From positions 6,340,707 to 6,404,706 of the forward strand of contig OZ037767.1 of the NCBI GenBank assembly GCA_964035545.1: 64,000 nucleotides of DNA. The letters are read 5' to 3'. Position numbers and translations under genes: made by a program. The first letter of the stretch is position 1, and each line of letters opens with the position of its first letter. The DNA comes from Bugula neritina (Eukaryota; Animalia; Bryozoa). Under the pieces are notes generated by a model. The model ran no database searches. It was given only the letters and a program-made list of their open reading frames with translations, and was not told the origin of the DNA. This document shows positions 41,001 to 64,000 of the stretch, piece by piece.

Positions 41001-44000
41001 TTATTTTCCATGTTAAAGTAGCAACATACCAACTATTGCCTAAAATATATAATATAATGCGTAGTATAATATATATGTGAATATTATTATTTTCAACTTA
41101 TTTCATGCCTTTTAGATAACAAAATGATCTGATTTTTAAATAAAATAATTTAAATTTTGAGTAATTAGCGAATGATGTATATTTTCAACTGACTTTATAC
41201 GAACCATTACTTACTGGTAAAGAAACTAGATAGTCATATATTGATTTATTAAGAGTTATGAAATACGTATATAATTTAAATAATGTGACCACTAATCATT
41301 AACCAAGTTATGCAATTGCAAAGCGAAGGCACATAGCTTAATTAAGAGTCTTCAAACCCAAAATTTAGAATATATAAAAACTGACACGAGACATCTTCAG
41401 TGTAACCAATGAGTTTTCCTCATGGATACTAAAGGTGTGCCAATTATGGACAAACCTTCACATTTCAAATGACACGCAACACGTTGACGTTTCACAATAA
41501 AACCAAAGATATGTAAAAGTCTGAAACTAAATAACACCTAGCATAGTGAGCTTATATGAGCAATCTGTGAACGGTGACTAATAATAGGATTGAAATTAAA
41601 ATTCAAAAACTAATTCAGTGAAACAGAAATTAATTACTCTAATACTATTACTTAAATTACTATGCATTATTATATGATAATTCAATTTATTAGAGTGCAT
41701 AGAACTTGATGGGAAATCTCAAAACACTAATTATATTAATCTACAGAAAGGAATTTAAACTACACAAGACATGACATGACTCACAGGGTCACTCAAGAGT
41801 CAGTATTGACTTGTCAATATTTCTTACTGAGCAAAGAATATGTTATATAAGAAGCTTACATCAATTAGACTAAATTAATAACTAATTGCTCACACTAATT
41901 ACTATACTGTTTCCATACAACTTAATATATCTATTTGATGAAATTATATGTCTTACGATAAGTCATCCAAACTTGACTAGAAACTATAGCTGCCCTATAA
42001 CCAAGACCAAAACTTCATACGTAACTAAAAAAAACTGTGAGAAATTCATAAAATTGTCATGCTTGCTTATAGTTTCATGTGGCCATTATTCTACTAGCCA
42101 CTACTAGAAAAAGAGCACAAAAATGTTTTCATCTCAAATAGACGCTTCCCAGTTAGTAGAAAATTTAGCCTAGCATCTAACTGGGAAGCATCTAACTGAG
42201 ATGACACCACAAAAATAGTTGTAAGATTTTACTAGAGTTTGCTGTTGGAACTCGCCAAATTAGGAGTCATTATAATTTCTAACTATTTCCCTCCAAACAC
42301 TGTGGTATAAACTAACAGTAAGAATGGTAAATATAGATAAAAAGCGCTATCTATTTTATTAGTCAGAGTAGAAACCACCAGAAAAGTCCACCACTACATG
42401 TTCTGCAAAGCTCACCTTAACTATCTTAGCTATTGACTCTACAGCGCCTTCAGCCAATGAGCATCCACTCAGATTTAAAGAATTCACTGTACTGGCGTTC
42501 TTTATTTCTTCACAAAAATCTGAAAGCACATCATTATTCTCATGAAAAAATAATGCCAATGGCTAAAAGAATACTTCTCTCAGCCAAAACCCAGCAGCGT
42601 TACAGTGCACATTTACTTCCTACAAGGGAGGGGGCTTTGTTAAAATAGAATGTATATAATATATATTGTGTTGATTACCTAAATGAGACATGGCCTAGTT
42701 AGTTCACACCTTCCACTTATGGTTACAAAAGATGATACACGTACAATAGTATCCAAGATACAAGATTTGGATAAAATTTCAGTCATTGAAAAACTTCTGA
42801 AAAAATTTTTGTTTATAAAATTGATCGAGTTGAACAAATAATTAGGGAGTTGTGTAGACATAAATAAAATAATGAAATTGTGCTACATGAGATATACTTG
42901 TAAAAAACTTTTCGATAAACATTTTGTATAGTTTTACTTGCAGTGAAGCTACTAGCTATTTAATTTGATATAAACACATGTATTTCAAAATAACAACTGT
43001 TGAGTCTATTTTTAAAATATTTAGTAAATTCCATTTGATGAATACACGGATGCATGTCAATTTACTAAAACTATATTACAATGCGTATATTTCACAGTCA
43101 TAGAGTATGGCTGGCAAGCCTGAGCATACTACTATAATACATACATACATTCTACACTATTTTAGTCTACATGTGTTGAGAACTGGTATATTATATTAAT
43201 TAATATAGATGTAAAGTATATTAGCAATTAGGCTGTCATGTTCAATGTAAATAATGAGTTTTAGACATGCTGGGTTTATGATGAATAGCAGCAAAATAAT
43301 CCATATTTCTTGTGAGTGTGTAACACTATCTTGCCAAAGTGACATGAACTGAATATAATATTTGCACAACTCAATGTAATAATTATATTTACTTGCCATT
43401 TGAATATAACGGCATATTGTAACTTAATCAGAGCAAACTGCCAATATACATGGCATTTCAGCCTACGTTATATACCGGAGAATAGAAGGATAACTCTAAA
43501 TGTATACTCACTGGTTATAGTGTCCCCAACATGGCTTGAGTCCAGGGAGATACTCTTCAGACTACAGCTTAGGGATATCCCCTGTACAGATAAATAGCTG
43601 TATGTCAAAAGCTATGTGAAAATACACACTATATATCTCTGTTATAGTCACAAACCCTGTGAGAAAGATGACAGGTATTGTAGTGTAATTTAGCTATAGC
43701 TACAAGGGTAACACTACTCAAATGTGACGTAGCAGTAATTATGCTGTATGCCCTTAGTGATGTCAACAATGGTCTCTCTAGGCCTGAATAATCTATTAAT
43801 ATAGTGAAACACGCAATACGCCAAAACAGTAAATAGTGGCCTACATTGTATGATGCTACATTTACCTTTGAATATTTCTAAATATATTTATACATATAAA
43901 ATAGCGATTATCTCTTTTCATAGTGCACTCACAACTGTACTAACAAAATCATTACAATATAGGAAGTAAAAAACAATGCAAAAAAGACACATAATTTGGA

Positions 44001-44289
44001 ATATTTTACTGATGCTCCCATAATCAACACTACTAAAGCAAGAGGGAAGTTATCAGCCCTTACCTTAGACAAGAGCATGATGTCACGGGGTCGTAACGGC
44101 AACCCCTCCAGTTCAATCTCTCTCAGCCTGTCTGACACAGACAGACAGTCTTTAACAGCTTTACATAGCTGGTAAGTCAAGTCCTTGGAGTGTATAGCCG
44201 GTACTTTCTGCTTGCTGGGTGTATGGGAAGATCTCTTTGACTGCATGCAGCCACCTGCCACAGTATTCAACAACTAGAATGAGGCATAG

Positions 44290-44324
<35 letters not shown>

Positions 44325-44329
44325 TGTGT

Positions 44330-44364
<35 letters not shown>

Positions 44365-46006
44365 TGTGTGTGGGTGTGTGCATGTGTGTGTGTGTGTGTG
44401 TGTGAGTGTGTGTGTGTGGGTATGTGCGTGTGTGTGTAAGTGAGTATGTGTGTGCGTGTGTGTTTAATTTAGAACAGATATGTGTGATTGGGAACATATC
44501 GACTACTGGAAAGCATGAACTTATGCAAATATTCAATATAAATAGTTTGCTATCAATATTAACCATTTTAAGATGCAAGTTCACTTTGCTCAGTAAAGAA
44601 AACAAGAATTTCCATACTAATTACCAGGCACATTCTGTAAAGTTTGACTAGAGTTGTGCGCTCATTTCAATAAAACTAACTATTATTTCATAACATTAAT
44701 CAGGGGTGTGGCTAAAGAAACATTGTAAGTTTCCACCTTTCTGAATTGAGAGAATTTTTACTTGCAATTTGCTACAAAACACAGGAAAATAATTTACCTA
44801 ATTAGACATAAAATGTTTGTAGAAATACTATTGCTCTGTCAGCTTATGATAAATCCACTTTTTTATAATTGCACCAACAAAGAATTCAAATCTAATGGAT
44901 AAAACCCAAATCTATTTCAGCAGCCCCTATAAAGAAATCAACAGGTTTTAAACTGAAAAATAATTTCACCAGCTATGCTAGTGCCTTTTCCGTATTTGCT
45001 GATACAAAATATGCTTCCCCTATAACCGCCAGGAGTAGAAATTACTAAATAGAGTTATTGAAACACAAATCTGGGTTAAATTTTAGCTTTAAAAATTAAA
45101 CATGCACTTTTTAGAGATCGAATATGTTTTCAATATAGTTTGCTTGTAGAATATTATTTGACAAGAAAAATGACGCACAGTGTAAAACGAAGTAATAAAA
45201 AACCATATTATCTAAAATATAACATGATTTATCAGGACACACTGTCCATATAGTGGAGTTCACTTACCTGAAGAATCTGATGCTAAGGTCAAGGACTCGA
45301 AGTAACTATGTATTGCCACCTTCTCCAAACTCTTGTTGATCCGCAAAGTTTTCAGTATAGGGGGCCAGTCACTCAGCCTTCAAGCAGCGCAGGTGCAAAT
45401 ATTACAATTTTATAGAACACTCAACACACTCAAATGTTACTACCCAAAATGGTGCATTTTATATACTGCAACCTGACACATTTGATTTCTATTCAAATAT
45501 GGCAGAAAAAATATAATTAACATGTTGAGTTTGAACATTTTGCATGTAATATCTCACTTGTACAGCATCTATATTTATACATTTGGATTTAGAGAGAAGA
45601 CAACTCTATGATTAGAAAATGACAGATTATATTTCCCAAAGCAATGTTTCAAAAGCTCTAAGTTAAGAGAGTTTACTAAAAGACTTTAATATTGTTTTGT
45701 TGACACAAACCAAGCAATAACTTATAGCAAGATTTCAAGACATGAACCTAGATACTACCATGAAAATTATAACAATTATATTATATTATAAAAATAATTA
45801 AAATAATAATGTCTTTAATTAGATGAAACAGTTATCTGCAGAACTAACCTAATTTTATCAGCATTAATCTGCAGAATATTTCGATCCAAATATGCTTTAA
45901 CTGTTGTGAGAGGCACAGAGCTTTGCAGTGCGCATAGGTTATCGTAATAAGTGTCAAACTGATAGGCTCCCTGACCTCGCTCATACACCGTCTCTATTCC
46001 ACTCAT
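32056..46006 (-). CDS. CEP78: Centrosomal protein of 78 kDa (LRR + coiled coil)
   Basis: Exons 46006-45849, 45377-45268, 44254-44064, 43581-43512, 42519-42416, 37616-37442, 37190-37012, 36426-36358, 36062-35878, 35298-35136, 34889-34669, 34324-34208, 34044-33882, 32685-32056. Motifs I recall from vertebrate CEP78: [101 protein letters not shown]. Confidence 0.93.
34048..34152. repeat. 21-bp minisatellite (ACACGTGACACAGTAGGTACA-type) in a CEP78 intron
   Basis: About 5 imperfect units immediately upstream of an acceptor site. Confidence 0.8.
38662..38700 (+). promoter_or_regulatory. Putative TATA-box core promoter of the nested gene
   Basis: CTATAAAAGGGG with an Inr-like TCAAGT ~27 nt downstream, ~600 bp upstream of the predicted start codon. 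Confidence 0.45.
39266..40708 (+). CDS. Uncharacterised single-pass membrane protein (~207 aa) nested antisense in a CEP78 intron
   Basis: Exons 39266-39477, 40017-40198 and 40479-40708 total 624 nt in frame. N-terminal sequons NDT and [29 protein letters not shown] followed by RR, and a Ser/Thr/Lys-rich tail. Confidence 0.75.
44292..44463. repeat. Imperfect (GT)n microsatellite
   Basis: Directly visible. Confidence 0.95.
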
Positions 46007-49000
46007 TTTGAACAAGTCTAATGGCTCCGTGTAATCTGCAAAATAAGAAAAATACTTTTGTTTACTGAAAACTTACAATCATATAGAATATAAAAAAATG
46101 AGGCACAATACACTTGAAATTGCTTTATAATATTGAAAAAACAAATGACATATCTTTGATGTGTTTAAAACCATTGACAGGTTTAAGGCTTATGATAACA
46201 TTACAATGTAAACAGGTCATTGCACATTGACATTTGCTTACACTAATCAACATACTATTTTGCACACTACAAAAATTTATATGGGTCAATCTATTTATTT
46301 AGTAAACACTGTATGAATTTTCATTTTTCACCTAATTTATAAAATTCTAGTGCCAATATATCTTTTTATCTAAAACTAATGAAGTGTTAACAAATAAAAC
46401 CAAATACTTCTAATTTCTGATTTTTTTCTTGCAATTTTTGTTCAAATTTTAGTTGAAAAACATAGGAGTTAGTGAAAACTTTTTCGCCATGGTTGATGGA
46501 CCATATGTTTTTATATAATAAAACTATATCAAATTATATTTTATAATTCACAATTAATACAGTGTGAGATACAAGCTATACTAGCGTTTCATCTAGTAGC
46601 TATAATATAAAATATTAAATATTTTTCAAGAATAGTTTGTCACTGTCAACAACTACTGCCCACAAGCACATTTCGCAATGAAATTGAGCTATATTGTTGC
46701 ATGATCCCCTGTCTACCTTTTCCTATACATACTTAAAATCAACATATAAAAATGCCACTAAACGGTCTGTTTTCATTAATTCTGAACCAATTTCAAGTTC
46801 TAGCCCAAAGTTGCCAGTGTGCACTAAACAAACTAAATCTAAATGACCCATACCTATAATCGAATTATATATATCTTTAATTTATAAAAACACAATGCAC
46901 TAAAACATGTTCACAACTTTGTATATTGCATTCATAAAAAAATATTTTGTCCAGAAGTTTTTGCAGTAATATTATTATTATAACTATAACTAATTAAACT
47001 TTAACTTGGTATGTAATTATAAAAATACAAAATTAAATGTTTTTAAAAATAAAGAATCTGAATCCCAATCACTTAATCATAATCAGATAATCATAATGAT
47101 AATACCTTGAAGCTAATTATTATTAGTTATTGAAATATGATAATCAAATATTTTATTATTATTATATAAGAATAACTTCTAAGTGAATCACTAGGTGAAT
47201 AATTATCCATCTCCAGTGGCAGTTCTACTTTCAGCATTCTCAGCATTAGTAATACTAATAGACTAATAGTATCGTGTTAGACGAGTATCACAATCACAGT
47301 GATACACGTACTCATACATTACTTGTCTTCTAGTACGAGTTATACTTATTATCTTATAGTTTTACTATAACTAGTATAAGTACAAGTATAAGTATAAGTT
47401 ATAGTATTAGTTATACTTATAGTTATAGGCTGACTCAGAGTGAGAGTCAGATTGAGATTGCCACTATGACTATGAGTATGAGTATCAGTAGGACCATCAG
47501 TATCACAGTATCAAGTATAATTATTAAATAAATTATAATAATAAATAGCAAAGAGAATTTATAGTGAAATCAAAGAAGAGATCTACGTGCTAATAGCAAC
47601 AACTTAGAGCTTAGAAGTTTTTTCATTAATTCAAACGTTGTAAAACTTCTATGTGGTGATTATCATTGCAAAACTATAGCAAAGTTGCGTTTAAATTGCG
47701 TGCTTGCTGTAATTATTATAAACAACAGTTGCGACGCCACATTAGACGATTAGATATCCGTTTGTTTAATTAGGCTTTTTCAATAATTTAGATACTATTT
47801 GTATAGAGGCGCAAAAGTCTCAGAAATATTTCCCTGCTCTAGTTTTCGAGTTAACATATATAGTTGTCTTTTCTATAATATTGTTCGACTTCGTCTGACA
47901 CTTGAATAAGACATTAATTTTGCCATACAAATGTAGTTCTCACAACACTGGTGAATTGCAACAGTTATTTTCCTAATAATTGGAAGAAACTAACGAAGGA
48001 CTAAGATGTGTAGGCAGATGAATGGTTTAAATTTATCACAAATTTATTGTTATACATGATTAAAATTTTGCATTGAGATGAAAACAAACAACATTAGTAT
48101 ACTGACAAGATCTGGTATCTATACCAATTTGAGAGTAATATTCGGGTGGTATTTGTAATTATTCGACTAATTTAAAACAATATGATGTGCAAACCAACAT
48201 TTCATCATTTTCATATTTATTTTTATAAAACATATAAGTGAATAACAGTAAAACAAGTCTTATTAAAGCAAAGCAAGTTTTAAATGGCTTATATGTATGT
48301 ATTCCATATGGTTTACTCAACAGAAAAATAAAAAATTCACAAAACTTCATTATTTTTCAATGCAATATTGCAGTTTTAAAAATTCAAGTTCTATAAATTT
48401 TATTCCATAGATTTGATGCAATATGCATAAATGGCTATATATGTATAACTAAATATATATAAATTTATGGTAATTGTCAGCAACGTGATGCTATGGTTAA
48501 TCAGAATGCACCATAAGCTACAAAAGTAAAATGGTGGCCAACCGCTCCTTTGTTATTCAAATAGAAATTTGTTTTTTTCTACAAAATTGTTATTGAGTTA
48601 TTGTTATAATTATATTCACCAGCTAATGCAACATTGCAGTAAAATATGTTGCAGTATAGTGTGTTTATAGTTTCTTTTAAGCATTATTTATTAGGGCAAA
48701 GGTTATAGCAAAAAGTTGACTTGTTAAGTGTGCAAGGGCAAGTAAAATATATTGTATTGCAGCCGTGACATGTTAGAAGCTGCTGGTGTAGTTTGACAGA
48801 GAGTAGTCAACCCATGAAGGGTGTGTGCTGCATTGTCAGATATAACTTGCCAAAACTTCTAACTTTCAATGCTACATAAAAATTTTATTATAATATTATT
48901 ATATTTATTTGATAGTGTAAACAGTTAAGCCCACATGCCGAATCAAGTACCACATTTGTATAATGTAGTATACCAATTAGAAGCTTATATATAATCTGTA

Positions 49001-49179
49001 GCAATGTCAAAATTTCCAAGTTATGGTTCCAAAGTTTTAGTTGCCCTGTGAAAGCATATAATTCATGTTTGTAAAAAATACTTGAGAATTGTATTAAACA
49101 ATTGATATGAAAGCCTTTGACATGTATTAAATGTAAATGCGCTCTAAAAATATTGTTCACTGAATGCATGAAGAAGGTA

Positions 49180-49484
<305 letters not shown>

Positions 49485-50068
49485 GCTTACAGAAAATAAA
49501 CAAAATATTTAAACTAGTTTTCTCAAGTCTACACATCGAGGTGTATTAATGATTGATGCCATTTATTGCAATAAAAGAGTCGGCGTAATAATATCTACAA
49601 TAAACTAAGACTCTAGGACCTAGGTAGCTATATTAAATAACCGAAAATCAATGTATTTGTACATAAGACATCATATTTCTAGCTATGACAACATATTAAA
49701 GAAATTTCCTATTCTTTTAATAATTTGTTATAAAAATTGATTTTTAACATGCATTTGCAATATATTAATAATGTATATATGTTCATATAGACATTAAAGC
49801 TTATTATATATGAAAACACGGCATTGGCAAAAGTGTATCTATTACACGTTTGTATTTCCAATATTATTTTAAAAAGTATCTTACACTCTTAAAATCAATA
49901 ATTGCACATTCATGTATAAAGAAAAGTGTTTCTTTGTCAAGTCTTATATGCCATTAGGCTACTTTTATCTGCTAGAGATGTGTATTGAAGTAGCATTTAC
50001 AGCAAATCATTTTATTCTAGAATAGCTTATACAGCTTCTCATCAACTTACAATCCCTGCCTAATAAAA

Positions 50069-63890
<13,822 letters not shown>

Positions 63891-64000
63891 AATTTCATTT
63901 CTGTTATTAAGGGAAGATTTGCTGGGCTGGTATATTAAATAAATAAAATATATATGTATCATTAACAATCTGAACACACTACATTATATATATATATATA

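Noticed and set aside
42141-42196. 16-bp inverted repeat GACGCTTCCCAGTTAG/CTAACTGGGAAGCATC
   Set aside because: Short, isolated, probably a TE remnant; insufficient support for an miRNA or other feature.
47585-47602. RFX X-box-like site upstream of CEP78 (GTGCTAATAGCAAC)
   Set aside because: Only one good half-site and the TSS is unknown; not distinguishable from chance.

Overview
AT-rich, intron-rich eukaryotic (invertebrate metazoan) genomic DNA; the species cannot be determined from the sequence alone. Most ORF-track entries are exon fragments or microsatellite artefacts, so I built gene models by hand from GT-AG splice sites and reading-frame phase. Left to right: (1) 3' part of a Q-rich low-complexity gene (+). 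(2) A small coiled-coil gene (-, tentative). (3) A hAT-type element with an 8-bp TSD and a nested foldback MITE. (4) An unknown tail-anchored protein (+). (5) A ~160-aa nuclear receptor with a DNA-binding domain only, no ligand-binding domain, and an atypical P-box CNSCRC (-). (6) A ~8.7-kb inverted duplication carrying two head-to-head PAN/Apple + F-type lectin genes. One is intact and one has a 2-nt frameshift; they show patchy near-identity, with differences concentrated in the sugar-binding loops. (7) A selectin-like receptor with a C-type lectin domain, 5 CCP domains and a TM helix (-). (8) CEP78 (-), with an unknown single-pass membrane protein gene nested antisense in one intron. (9) A ~890-aa, probably secreted mosaic protein of degenerate lectin-type modules (+). 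SINE-like elements and mini/microsatellites are scattered throughout. The best candidates for something new are the palindromic lectin pair within a lectin-rich neighbourhood and the DBD-only receptor. No database searches were possible, so novelty is unverified.
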